DNA of 63,890 nt, the filler included, from Hyphochytrium catenoides (taxonomy: Eukaryota; Protista; Hyphochytriomycota), in assembly GCA_900088475.1 (NCBI GenBank). It is 11 parts of 11 records of this genome, joined end to end, with 100 filler letters (N's around TTAATTAATTAA, not from the genome) between each part and the next. Parts side by side here need not be neighbours in the genome. Positions count along the whole stretch, not along the records: positions 11,555 to 33,543 come from FLMG01002655.1; positions 33,644 to 36,672 come from FLMG01004321.1; positions 36,773 to 40,390 come from FLMG01003089.1; 8 more parts are not named here. One strand, 5' to 3'. The notes beneath the pieces are model-generated. The model made no database searches. It saw only the letters and a program-made list of their open reading frames with translations, and was not told where the DNA came from. Below, in pieces: positions 24,053-36,929 of the stretch. A program made the position numbers and the translations under genes. How positions within the stretch are numbered: the stretch's first letter is position 1; each line of letters starts with the position of its first letter.

Positions 24053-24792
24053 GAGAGAGAAAAGAGAGAGAGAGAGAAAGAGGAAAACGTATGAAGAAGT
24101 GCAGCGAAGCAGGTGCAGAGAGATGATGACTGAGAGAGAAGCGAGAGCCTACCGTGTCGAAGGGATACTTGAAGACATGAGTGACCTCTCTAAAGGGCGC
24201 GGCGTCAGGATCTATTGGCAGTGTCAGCAGAGGAGGCTCTGGCAGCCCCTTGATCACTTTACTCTCCTCTGGCTCTAGATACTTAGGGCGATGCCCCGCA
24301 GGAGCTAGGAGCGCCCCCCCTGGAGGAGCAGCAGGAGGCGGGAGAGCAGCGGAAGAATTGCGCTGAGGACTCACGCCAAGAAGGCGAAAGACAGACTGTA
24401 GAAGGTAAGGAAGGGAGGCGGCGGGCGACCTATCTCTTCTTGTGAACTGTGAGAAAAGAGTGAAGATCAGTCCGTTAGCTTGAGAGAGACAGAACGGACG
24501 CCAGCGAGGCAGATGATAGGGCGAGACGTACGCTTTGCGCTAGATATTGGCTAAGGGCTAGTCCTCCAAAGAACCATAGAAGCGAACTAAAGCCTGCAAG
24601 GTAGGCCTTAAAGCTCTTGAAGGCAGCGCAGAGCTCCAGAGAGGCATGATCTGGTTCAGAAAGGATGACAAGAGGTGGACCAGTCTGACAACGGCGTTGA
24701 ATGAGCTCTAATGATGCCCCAAGCAAACAAGCGAAGAATAGTATCGACACAGATGCAACGACGACATCAAGTAGGGAATATCGAGCCACCAT
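21978..24792 (-). CDS. PRELI/MSF1-domain lipid-transfer protein (PRELID2/SEC14L1-PRELI-like) with two N-terminal TM helices, about 8 exons; 3' end obscured by Ns
   Basis: Exon 1 (24792-24532, 2 TM) splices in frame to exon 2 at 24446. The domain reads EVTHVFKYPFDT|VIDVHFRRH..|..KRIREMKSR|NTPYLLKRVVPDEFIIFKEESVIDFRQK|IMYQIGSNTSL..YRQHPNHPSW|TLFEQRGHVKV..|AEKFLVSKYEGETKDMLKIME. Confidence 0.85.
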
Positions 24793-25416
24793 CCCTTCCT
24801 GTCGCAGCCCTTCTCAGCCGTAATCTACAGTCTTCTCGGCTATAACTAAGGTGGACCCTTCAGTCAGGGGACAAAATCGAACACGTATGCCGCCAATTCT
24901 TTCCAAGTAAAGTCTATCCACTGCAAGACTGATTATGGCGCGAAAAGGAGGGCGATGGCCTCGCACTGCTGCTAAGTAAGCCCTCAATCGCTGGCCTTTG
25001 TACCTTTTCGGACTTTTGATGAAGCTCAAAAAATCCAAGAAATCTTCATCTGCGAACGCGCCAGGAAGCCGCTAACGTAGACACGCGTTATTGATATATT
25101 GCTACGGATTCAATATCCAATTGAGGAATTGTCATTTCTTTGGAATCCTCACGCAATAGTAAATTCGGTTGATGCCGAATTCTACAAGAGTTTATTGGCC
25201 GAGCGGCGCTGCTGCTGCTGCTGACGGAGCTTGAAGATGCAATAATCTTCGTCCCTCGCCGCTCATTATAGAGGCCGTTGGCGCCCTCATGCTTGCTGTA
25301 GGACAAAGGGACGTGGAGGATACTACGGACCCAAAGCTCGCTTGAGCCCTTCTGTAAGATGCTGTGAAAAGGATCAGGGGCCAGCTGGTAGAGTACGCCG
25401 CTCCAGATAGGAGTAG
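24793..25416. promoter_or_regulatory. Probable bidirectional promoter between the divergent PRELI and UGT genes
   Basis: About 625 bp free of microsatellite between head-to-head ATGs, with an AT-richer core near 25085-25200. The function is inferred from position. Confidence 0.45.
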
Positions 25417-26552
25417 ATGGCGCTCCTAAATACCACGGCCACGGAGGCCATGCCTAAACCAAGCAAAGAGTTGAGGGCGAATCGCGGAAGGCTTTTGCAG
25501 AGATTGGTTCTCTCTATCGTGGTAGTGTCCGCTCTCTGCGCTGTCGCGCTGAGTGAGCCGCTCTGGGTAGAGGTAGAGGGCAGAAGTTCGCGTGGCAAGG
25601 TGCTGCGTGAGAGGCCCTTGTGTCCTGGAAGCTTGGAGGGTCTCGAGGGCCTGCCAAAAGATGTCTGCGCTTCACTCAATTCCCTTATGGTGGGTTCTGA
25701 AGTGCACACATTCTCAAGCTTTCTCTCTCTCTCTCTCTGTGTGCTCCTTTCCTCTATGTCCCTCTCCAATGTCTTCAGGCTAGCCCTCATCTCACGGTTT
25801 ACTTCTCTCTTTCTGTCTCTCTCCCCTGCTCTCTCTCTCTCTCTCTCGTTTCAACCTCCTCTTCTCTATTTCTCTCTCTTTAGCTATTTCTCTCTCTCTG
25901 TCGCTGTGTCTTGGTGACCCCTCCTTAATTTCCCCCCGTATTCCTTCCCCTGTCTCTATGTTGAGACTTGTCCTTGTCCCCTCTCTCTCTCTCTTTCTCT
26001 TTTCTCTTTGTATTACTTCCAACATTCTCGGTCCGTCCATGTCTCTTTCAATTCTCCCCCGTCTTTTCTTTTTCTGATTCGTTCTGATCACTCGGTGCCC
26101 TCTTAGTTCTCTCTCTCCCAATTACCCTCTCTCTCTCTCGCTCTCTCTTTCTCGCTCGCTCGCTCTCATGTGTTCCCTGTTTAACTCGTCCTTCTCTCTT
26201 GTCAGCCCAACAACAGCGATATCAGCCGCAGACAAGCTTCCACTAAGGTCCCGCATGTTGCCTTTGTCTCCATCTCTTTCTTGGGCCACGCGATGCCGCT
26301 GCTGCGCCTGGCTCAGGAAGTGCAGAAGCGCGGCTACAGAGTCACCTTTGCCACGAACTCAATGGGAGAGGAACTTGTCCGAAGTATGGACCTTGAGGTG
26401 AGACTTGGGGGAGGAGATGCTCACGGGAGGAGACGAAAGGAGAGGATTCAGCAAGGTAGAGAGGGGGAGAGAGGACACAAAGGGTGAGAGAACAGAGACA
26501 AAGAGAGAGAGAATAGGGAAAGAGAGAAGAGAGCGGGACAGCAGAGAGAGAG

Positions 26553-26594
<42 letters not shown>

Positions 26595-26837
26595 AGTTAG
26601 AGTTAGAGAGCCCTGTCGCCGAGAGAGAGTGTGAGAACTACTTACCCTCCGCGCTCCGCCTCGTGCCAGTTCCTTTCTGCGGGAGACTTTCCTCTCTCTC
26701 CGTCTGACCTGAGGGCCAAGCTCCGGAAGATCACGAGGGACGCGTCAATATTTCGAGGCATTCTTGCCTTGTTCAACGAGGTGAAAGAGCTAAGACATGT
26801 TCTCTCTCCTCTTCCTCTCCCTCTCTGTCCTCTCTCC

Positions 26838-26876
<39 letters not shown>

Positions 26877-27385
26877 TCTCTCTCTCTTTGTCCTCTTTCT
26901 CTCTTTCTTTCTCTCAGTATACCTGATTCCTTTTCACTCTCTTGTAAACCTGTCTCTTCCTCTCTCCCCGAAGTAGTCCAGAATCTGGCGCTGGTGGTTG
27001 GCCTTCCTCTCTCCTCGAGTCTGTCTGTTCTAGTCTGCTCCTCACGCCATCTCCACTCTTCCGCACCACCTCGTCCTCGCTTGTCTCTCTCTCTCTCTCT
27101 CTTTCTCTCTTCCTACCGCTAAAACGCCTACTGCCCTCTCTCTCGGTATAGGTCTATTTACCGGCCGCTCAGCCGATGTACCAGTCTCTCCTTCCAGCTT
27201 TCTCTTCCTCTCCCCCGGATCTCCTGGTCATGGACATGGGGACCGTGGGCATGTTAGATCTAGTTCACAAGCTGAAGATTCCCTTTATCATTAACAGCCC
27301 AACGCTCCTCTTCGACCTGGAGGTAAGGTGTGTTCTAGAGGAGAGAGAGAGGTGTAATACGATTGCAGGAGAGAGAGGCACTGAA

Positions 27386-27421
<36 letters not shown>

Positions 27422-28953
27422 CCTACCGCCCTACCCTTTTGTCCTTTTACTAGAGCGCTCCTGCGTATGTTCCTGCATGGGGAACTGGATTCTCCATAGA
27501 TATGTCTCTCTGGAATCGCTGCATGAACATCCTCTTTCCTCGTCTCCTCTCAGTTGCGCTGACCCCACCGTTCATGCATGTCAGCAAGGTAAGCCTCGCC
27601 CATGGCCGCGTGTCTTTCTCCCTCTCTCTCTCTCTCTCTTATCTGCAAGTTTTATCTAGTCTTTGCTTTCTTACGCCGTGCTTCCTTTAATTCGGCGTCT
27701 TTATGCTGAAGGAGGATCATCTAATGGATCAACTATCTCCTCCGATGGCTCTTTTTCAGTTGTCTATCTGTCCCTCCATCGCGCTCTATTCCTTCCACAT
27801 GCTTCTCTCTCCTCCCTACTTCTCCTTCGCTCTCTCTCTCTCTCTCTCTCTCCTGACTATCAGTTTATCTATCTCAATCAAGTTTACACTCTAGACAAGA
27901 AACACTGTTCCCAGTCCTCTGTGGTCCTGTCTTACCTCCTTCTTTTCTTGTTATTCCTTTAGGTCCGATGGGAGCTGGAGCTCGCTCCTTTCAGATCGCA
28001 ACACGACGTCTTCCGTGGAACCAGAATTTTGCTAAACACAGCGTTCCCGCTGGAGCATCCCAGACCTCTCTCCCCTTTGCTGGACACCATCGGTCCTCTC
28101 CTACCTGAGCAGTATACAGAGGACTACCAGGTGAGATGGAGGTCTAATCTGTTGGTTCTTCCTCCTCTTCCACTCTCCTCTTCCTCTTTTCCCATCTTCT
28201 TCTTCCTCTTTCCCTCTAAGGTCTCTTGTTGAACTGTCTTCCCTTTGTCGCAGCCAAGCGTCCCGGAGCTCGAGAGCTGGATGCGACGAGAAGGTGGCGC
28301 AGGGATTGTCCTCGTCAACTTAGGCACCATGACGCACTTTGATGCGTGGCAGGCCAAGATCCTCGTCCAGGTACGAGACGGAGGAGAAGGAATGTTGCCC
28401 TTGATTGACTGGTCCAAAGTGGGCGGTTGATGGTCTGAGTCAAAAGGAGAGAGAGAGAGAGAGAGACTTTGTGTCTCCGTTTCTCCCTCTTCTGTCCCTC
28501 CCCTAACGCCCAGAGCTCCCTTGGCGCTCTGACGGCGTTACTTGCTGTGCTTATTTTTAGGGATTGACAATGGGGAAGGAAGATCCAGACCTCAAGATAG
28601 TGTGGATAGTAGGCGCAGATCAGGTCGACGGCTCTATTTATTGTTTCCCCGTGTCTGTCTCTCTCCCTTCTGTCCTCTCTCCCTCTCATATCATTTTTTC
28701 TCTACTTTGCTTATTCTGAGCAATGAGAAGTAAACATCATTGACACTATCTTTTGCTTTGCTCTCTCTGCCACATTCTCTCTCCAACCTTCTTTTCTCTC
28801 CTGGTATCTCTCCTCACTTGTCTCTAAGTCTAACATTTTCCTCCTGGCTCCCCGCGGCTGTGACGACAGAGAAATGCGCTTCCTTCGGCCCTTCCTTCCT
28901 CCTTTCAAATCTATGGAACATGGAGCCTTCCCTATCTAGATGTAAGCCCTCTT

Positions 28954-28992
<39 letters not shown>

Positions 28993-29180
28993 TCTCTCTT
29001 TCTTTCTCTCTCTCTCTTTCTCTCCCCTCATTCTGTGCTGTTTCTCCCTCTCCGGCCCTCTCACACCCGTGGCTCTAGATATTCTTTCTTTCCAACCTTC
29101 ATCAACTTTAATATATAGTCTGAGGACTTCCTTTGACGCTTGAAGCCACAACTCCACTGCTTTGCTCTCGTTCATATTCC

Positions 29181-29219
<39 letters not shown>

Positions 29220-29707
29220 CTCTCTCCTCTTCGCGTTTGCTGAGTCTGGTGCTGGTTCTGGAAGCGCTTAGTTCCTGCTTCCTGCCTCTCTCACACTGTC
29301 CCTTCTCTTTGTCCTTCCCATATCTAGGTTTTGGCCCATGATTTAGTCCGATTGGTGGTCTGCCAGTGCGGAATGGGGTCTGCTCAGGAAGCTCTCTACT
29401 TTGGGAAGCCAGTCCTCTGTCTTCCTTTCTTTGCAGATCAGGTCTTTGTTGCTAAGCTACTCTTCTCCTCTGTCTTCTTCTATCATACCCATTTAGAGTC
29501 ATATCTTTGTGCCATCTCTGACCTCCTCTTGCACCAGCGAAGTCTCGCTCTCTTTCTCTTTCTTTCTGAATACCTTTCGTTTCGACTCCACCATCTTACA
29601 CCCAATCTTATGCCTCGACTAGCCGGATGTGGCCGCTCGCATAGTCGATGCCAAGGCTGGTCTCATGCTGGACAAGACCAAGCTCGATGCGGACGAGGTA
29701 GGGGACC

Positions 29708-29747
<40 letters not shown>

Positions 29748-30942
29748 TGGTCTCTCTTGTCCTGTCTCTTTTGACTCGCTATCTCTGCAGTCAGACCTCA
29801 GACTCTTGCTCCTCTACTTTTCACCTAGTATTTGGCCGTCTCACTCCTCTCAAAGGTAGAAGTCTGATCATTGCTCTTCCTCTGTCTCGGACAGATCCGT
29901 CGCTCTGTGCTGGAACTCTATGAGAATGAGTCTTACACCAGAGAGGCCAAGGCGCTAGGAATTGTACTTCGACATGCAGTGAGTGTTCCTTCTCTCTCTC
30001 TCTCTTCTTTTCCTCACTATATCCCCTTCTCTCTCTCTCTGTCTTGGTCTGGGCCACTGATAGGCTAAGCTAAAAAAGTATGTCTTTTGTCGCTTAACGC
30101 TGTCTAATCCCGTCGCTCTGTCTCTTTTTATCCTCCGTTTAGGGCGGGGTCAGTCGAGCTGGTGACATCATTGAGTCGATGCTGCAGGTTGGCTCTCAGC
30201 ATCTCTTTACCGCAGATTTGAAGGTAATCCAGAAGGATAACGACGATCTGTCTGTCGTCTCATATTCTCTCTTCAGTGATCCTCACCTGCGCCTTTATCT
30301 GTAACCTCTTTGTCCTCCATAAATTCTCTCTCTTCTCTTGATGTCTCCCATCATCTTTTTCTTTTTGCTCTCTCTCTCCTCCCTCACCACACTCGCCGCC
30401 TGTCCCTCAGTTGCCATGGCACAAGACGATTATGCTGGACGTGGCCGCAGTATACATCGGGATTTTCTGCCTTCTCATAGTGGTCAGTTTCTTTGTCTCT
30501 CTCTCTCTGTGTCTCTCTTTCTCTCTCTCTCTCTCGGCCTCTTTCTTGCTTTCTTTCCTCTCCTCTTCTTTCTTTGTTTGTCTCTCTTTTTAACACGTAC
30601 CCCATCATCTCATAGCGTCTGTGGCGGTCTCTTCTCTCTTCCCATCCTTTTTCGATCTCACCCCAAATCTCACTTCCAATCCTTCTCTCCCTTGTCAACA
30701 CACCTGCTCAAACCCTTTTCTCTCTCTCCTTTCGCGTTCATTTCTTACGTGAATGTGTCTTTCTTCCACTTGCCTGACTCCCTGCTGGTTCTCTCTCTCT
30801 CTCTCTCGCCTGCCTGTCTTTTTAGGCGGCGCGGCTGCTTTGGCAGTTCATCATGTCACTTCTTTTCGCAGCTGTTACTTCGGTAGCTATGAAGGAGGGA
30901 GATTCAGACAGACAGGCCGACAAAGGGGAAAAGAGATCGTAA
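25417..30942 (+). CDS. Membrane-bound UDP-glycosyltransferase (GT1, UGT1/2/8-like architecture), about 15 exons
   Basis: An N-terminal hydrophobic segment is followed by HVAFVSISFLGHAMPLLRLAQEVQKRGYRVTF (catalytic His), PDLLVMD, SAPAYVPAWGTGFSIDMSLWNRCMN, LNTAFPLEHPRPLSP..IGPLL and IVLVNLGT. The signature reads WSLPYLDVLAH..VCQCGMGSAQEALYFGKPVLCLPFFADQ. It ends LPWHKTIMLDVAAVYIGIFCLLIV|AARLLWQF..KGEKRS*. Confidence 0.92.
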
Positions 30943-30969
30943 GAAGTTGGCGCAGAGAGGAGAGACAAC

Positions 30970-31008
<39 letters not shown>

Positions 31009-31693
31009 GAGAAGGTCTTCACCCTTTCTAAGGGGCTAATCTCTGTCCATATTTATCATTGAGCGCCCAGTGTCATAGTAAGCTGTCAGTGCTTATTGGC
31101 CAGAGAGAGAGAGAAAAGATGATAGTAGATAGACTGCTCGATGCCTCTCTCCATCTGTCTCTCTTTGAGTGTGATCCTTTGTCTTCCCTCTTGCAATTTG
31201 TCCTCTTCTTTCCTTGACTTTTTCCACTTTTATACTGTGCGTCTCTGTCTCTCTTTCTCTGCCGTTCGCTTCTATAGCGCTCTCTCTCTCTCTCTCTCTC
31301 TGAAGACAGTGCGTTCAGGACATTGGGAGACAAAGAAAATTGGAGTCACCCGAGAAGGTCGTCGACTGTGAGAGGGACAATGAACAGAAAGGAAAGGGAG
31401 AGAACAGAAGGCTCACAGAGCTAGGAAAGAGAGAAAAAGAGAGAGAGAGAGAAATCTGTCAGGGAGAGAGGCTTACGATCGTCAAACGTAGCATCAGACT
31501 GGCATATATTTACACGGCAACACGTACATAGAGTAAGCTCTCACACTGTCTCCTCTTCCATCCCTTCCTATATACAAGCGGTCCTCGCTGGCTCTCTCTC
31601 TCTCTTCCTTCCCCAAGGTATTTATAGAGCTTGACGGGAGAGAGAGAGACTCTCTTTCTCTCTCTCTTCGCCTCATTGACGCCTTCGTGGCCG

Positions 31694-31972
31694 TCATGAG
31701 AGTTCCCATTCATCCTCCTCTTCATCCTCAAAAGTTATCTTCGCAGTTTCCAGGACAAACTTTCCTTCCTTATACTTCTCGCTAGGTTCGTACGCCTTTT
31801 CCTGATAGGCAGGAAGAGGTTAAGGAGAGAAGAAGAGAGAGAGAGAGAGAGAGACATTGCAAAGGCGCACCCAAGAGACAAAAGAGAGACGGCAAGCATT
31901 AGGAACAGAACAGATTAAATGACAGAAAGAGGAGTAAGGAACTGCTCTGTTCTCTACTCCCTCTGTCCCTCT

Positions 31973-32016
<44 letters not shown>

Positions 32017-32175
32017 CTCCTCCGTTGCCACCATCTTCTGAGTGTGACTCAGGCACTTACATAGGTCCAGCCCAATACAGTGTGGCAAGCGGCGCAGGCA
32101 ACATCAGCAACAGTGTGATATCCTGTCATCAGCAGCCGTCGCTCGGGCGTCCCGCTCTCCGTGTTGACGCTAGAC

Positions 32176-32238
<63 letters not shown>

Positions 32239-32778
32239 TTCAGACATCAAGGAGAATAGGATGAGGTTAAGCTATGAGAAATCAAACATTGAGAATTGAC
32301 ACTTAGGCCGATTGAGAGGCAAGAGAGGATGTGTGTGTGGGGCAGAGAGAGAAAGAGCTTGAGAAAGAGAGAGAGAGAAAGAGAGAGAGAGGGAGAAAGA
32401 GAGAAGAAGAGAGAGGGAGATATGTCCATTGGATCAGAACAGAGAGAGAGACGAAAAGAGAGAGAGATACACGAGAGGGATCACAAAGGACACATCCAAT
32501 AAAGAAGAGACCAGACAAATTCAAGCGCAAGGGAGAGAGAGAGAGAGAGAGAAAGAGTCTGCTTACACGCTGTTGATGAGAAAAGCTCTCCCGGTCTTCC
32601 CATGAAAGTTCTTGGACATGATGCTTCCTTCGAAAGAGACGTGCGTGAGACAGTTGCCGCAGCAAATAACCTTCGCGTCTCGGAGATGGACCAGCCGCGG
32701 CTCAGAGGCAGGAGGAAGAGAAGACGGCGTGGCAGCGCATGTCTCCTTACGGAGCTGGACGAAGCTCCATTTGAACAT
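31694..32778 (-). CDS. YPEL: Yippee-like zinc-binding protein, 3 exons
   Basis: ICCGNCLTHV..IMSKNFHGKTGRAFLINSV|VNTESGTPERRLLMTGYHTVADVACAACHTVLGWTY|EKAYEPSEKYKEGKFVLE has two CxxC motifs and the family consensus. Confidence 0.95.
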
Positions 32779-33116
32779 GTTTGTCTCTCTCTCTCTTCTT
32801 TGTCTCTTTCTTCTCTCTTGGTTGGTTCTCTATTGGTCTGCGTCCTCCCGTTGGAGCAGATGCACAAAGAGAGAGAGAGATTGAAGATTTTTCTCTCTCT
32901 CTTGAGTAGCCTTTCTCCTTTATTATGTTGCGGACTTTAATATGGAGTTTCTCTCTTTCTCTCTCTTCTCTCTCTCTCTCCTTTGAGTTGCTGCTGATGG
33001 TGCTCCGTGGCGCGCCACTTTCTTAGACGCTTCTCTTTGGGATCTTTTTGGATCTTTCCTTTTTGACTCCCTGCCGCTTTTGCTTCGCTGGGTAACTCTC
33101 TCACTCTCACTCTCTC

Positions 33117-33154
<38 letters not shown>

Positions 33155-33493
33155 CTCTGTTCTCTGTTCTCTCTCTTCTCTGCACCAGGTGACTTTTCTG
33201 AGCAGCTGGCTCCACCCTCGTCTTCTCTTCCTTGCCCTTACTGTCTGGCTCAAACCTCTCTCTCTCCTGTCGCCACTTACTGAACGCACTCCTTTGTCCT
33301 CTTCTTCCTAGCTTTGGCTCTCGCTCTCTCTCTCCCTCTTCTTTCTCTACTCTTTGTCCTCTGTCTTGTAGGGGCTAACTCACTCTTCCACATGCGTCTC
33401 TTTTCCTCGTCTGCTCTTTTTTCCTCTATTCTCTTCTCTCTCACTCTCTCTCTTCCTCTCTGTCTCTCTCTTACTGATTGCTGTTTATCTGCC

Positions 33494-33540
<47 letters not shown>

Positions 33541-34980
33541 CCANNNNNNNNNNNNNNNNNNNNNNNNNNNNNNNNNNNNNNNNNNNNTTAATTAATTAAN
33601 NNNNNNNNNNNNNNNNNNNNNNNNNNNNNNNNNNNNNNNNNNNTATATATATAGAGAGAGAGAGAGGGAGAGAAGAGGACAACGGAGGAAAGGAAAAAAC
33701 AACAACTGGAGATCATCGTTTACTGTCAGTCCCTTTATCGTTCTTACTACTTAGTGCGATGTCTCTCTTCTCTCTCGCCATCATCAGATGAAAAGAGAGG
33801 ATCCAGGCGCCAGGTTCTTCGGTGGTAGGAGAAGAAAGATATGCAGAGAATCATTATTAGAGAAGAAGAGATGAAGTGAGAAAAGGTAAGAGAAAGAGAA
33901 AGAGAAGACGAGGGAGAAGACCAGCAGTGCTCGCTTGATGATTGTTCTTCTTCTCCCGCTTAGCCATAAAGATAATTACTCTCGGCAATAGAGGATCGCT
34001 TACGACGGCTACTACTGCTGCTCTAGTTCTTTTGGCTGTCTCCTTGCTGCTTTCTCTCCTCCTTTGTTTCTCTCTTTGCGTGTGTGTGTCTCTCTCTCTC
34101 CGTTCTCTCGCTCGCTGCCCTCCTCTGATCCACTCTTCTCTTGCTCCCCTGAGTTCCCCCGTCTTGCTCCCTTTCTTTCTCTCTCTCTCTTCTATCTCTC
34201 TTCTATCTCCTCTCTTCTATCTCTCTCTTTCTCTCTCTCTCTCTNNNNNNNNNNNNNNNNNNNNNNNNNNNNNNNNNNNNNNNNNNAGACAGGGAGATGT
34301 CTCCTCCTCCTGTTCTCTCCCATCATCAAATCTATCAAGTCTTCTGCCTTCTTCAGTGCTTTCCTCGCTCCTGAGGAAATGATGATGGAGAAGAAGAGGA
34401 GAGCAAAAGCATCAAGAAGCAGGAGGGAGAGAGAAAATATAAGGCAGCGAGGGACGAGGAGGGGACAGAGAAAGAGATAAAGAGGGGGAGATAGAGGGGA
34501 GAGAGAAAGAGAGACCAAGAAAAATACAGAGAGAGAGAAACTAGAAAGCGAGGGACGACGGGACGGACAGGGAAAAGGAGAGAGAGAGAGAGAGAGAAAC
34601 GGAGGAGAGAGTATGAGCAAAGAAAAGAATGGATGAGGAGAAGAAGAGCGGGAGGAGGCGGCGGGACGGCTAGTAGCGCCATCAGGCACTGGATTCTGAT
34701 GAAGTGGTGGTTGCCGTCCTTCTCTTCTGCGCAATGCCCTGGTCCTCCATCCTGCTTACTTCCAGCAGTGAGCGTTACCGTTTCTCTCTTTCTTGCTCTC
34801 CCCCTCCGCCCCCGCTCTTTCTCCTGCACATGTTTTTTCTCTCTCTCTCCCCCTCCCGCCGCTCTCTAGCAGCTCTTAATTAACTATCTCATTTCCTCTC
34901 TTTCTCTCTTTCTACATCTATCTCTTTCTTTCCCTCTCTCTCTCTGTCTCTACCATTCTTTTCTCTGCCTCTGTTTCTCT

Positions 34981-35028
<48 letters not shown>

Positions 35029-36269
35029 CTCTCTCTCTCTCTCTCTCGCTGGTCTGAAGAGGCATCCCCAAAGTCCTGAACAGACACGCAAGACGGTCGT
35101 TCAGCCTAATACAAAACCATTAGCCCTTCCGGCCACCCCTATTATTTCGCTTTTCCTGATACTCATGCCGCCTTCTGTTACACTTAACCAAACATAAAAA
35201 CCTACCAATCTTACAAGCCTTGCCATCAACATTTTGTTTCCTCTTATATTCGTATTCTGCGCTGCAGCTGAATTTTGCTTGTGTTTCAAGGGATTCACAG
35301 TGTTCATCTTAGTATTATGTTGTACCTTAACACTATTTGGGTTGGTCGGTCCAGAAGGACGCTGGGCTTTTGCAAACTATGGAAATTGCCGTTGCGTTGC
35401 CTCTTTTCTCTCTCTCTCTCTCTCTCTTTTTCTCACACACACACTCACTCTCTCTCTCATACCCACTCTCTCTCTCACTCTCTTTTTCTCTCTCTCTCAC
35501 TCTTTCTCTTTCTCTCACGTTCTTTCTCTCGCTCTTGCTTTTCTCTCGTTCTCTCCTTGTCTCTCTTCAGTTTTTTCGTTCTCTCTCTCTCTCTCTCTCT
35601 TTCTCTCACGTTCTTTCTCTTTCTCTCGTTCTCTCCTTGTCTCTCTTCAATTTTCTCTTTCTCTCTCTCTCTCCCTTCTGTCTCGTCGTTTGTGTTGTTG
35701 ACCTGTAACTGCCCCATAACACCGTCTCCAATCAGCTTCTCCATCTCTTCCTCTTCTGTTTCTCTCTCTGTGTCAGTATTTTCCTCTTTCTTTCTCTCTA
35801 CAGCTCCTCAACAAGAGAGAGAGAGACGAAAAAACGGAAGAAGAAAGAGGAAGGACGACGCTCAATTCTCCTCCTCGAAAGGCCGTTGTGTCCCTAAGAA
35901 GACCAACCTTGGAAGAGGCAACGACCGGCCAACGAAGGAGGAGAAAGAGAAGAGGCCAACTTCCTATGCCTGAGTGATGGTGGTTGACGACGTCCAGTTC
36001 GTTGTCTCTTCTCCTCCTCTGCGTCTTCTTCTCTTGTGGCTCTCTCTCTCTGTGACTCTCTCTCCTCCCCTAAGAAAGTACCTCGTTCTTCTCTCTACTT
36101 CTAACTCTGTCTCTTTTCTGCTTCTCTCTTGCTCTCTCTTCTCTCCGAAGATACTTCCTCCAGCAGACAATGGCGTGCCTCCCTGCCTCCTCTCCTTCTG
36201 ATGCCTTGCTTACCGGCCGTGACGACTGCAACGGTAGATTTCTTTTTTCCTCCGTGGTGTCTCTCTTTT

Positions 36270-36313
<44 letters not shown>

Positions 36314-36624
36314 CCTCTCTCTTTCTTTCTCTCTGTCTCGCTGACACTGCGGATGACGACCGTTCTTATGTTTGGAGGAGGGGAGAAGAAGAGAGGGCGT
36401 TGCTATGCTGCTGGGACAGATAGACTTCAACGCTCTGCTTTCCTCTGTTGTCTCTCTCTCTCTCTCTTTCTCTCCCTCTGTCTCGTCGTTTCGTCATCGC
36501 TCTGGATCTTCTACAAAAATGTCGTTTCGGGGTCTTTCGTCTTCCTTCTCTGGGCATGTTTTATGCCCCTCTCTCCCCTGCTTCTTCCTTCTTTCTTCCC
36601 ATTCTCTCCTCTTCTTTCTCTTCT

Positions 36625-36661
<37 letters not shown>

Positions 36662-36929
36662 CTCGCTCTCTCNNNNNNNNNNNNNNNNNNNNNNNNNNNN
36701 NNNNNNNNNNNNNNNNTTAATTAATTAANNNNNNNNNNNNNNNNNNNNNNNNNNNNNNNNNNNNNNNNNNNNGATTTCCGAACGACGCCCACTCACATCC
36801 TTCTCTCGATTCTTCGGGTTCAGCTTTGGTCCCTGAAAGAACGAAGTGGAAGAGAACCAAGGACAGGGGAAAGCCTTCCTCTTCATTTTTTTCACTCTCT
36901 TTTGGTGCGCCTGTTTGTCTCCACCCCAG

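Noticed and set aside
33644-36672. Possible genes in this contig, and likewise in 2571-7350, 11555-13360 and 61088-63890
   Set aside because: Only short non-repetitive patches are present, with no recognisable domain or consistent exon chain, so they were left uncalled.
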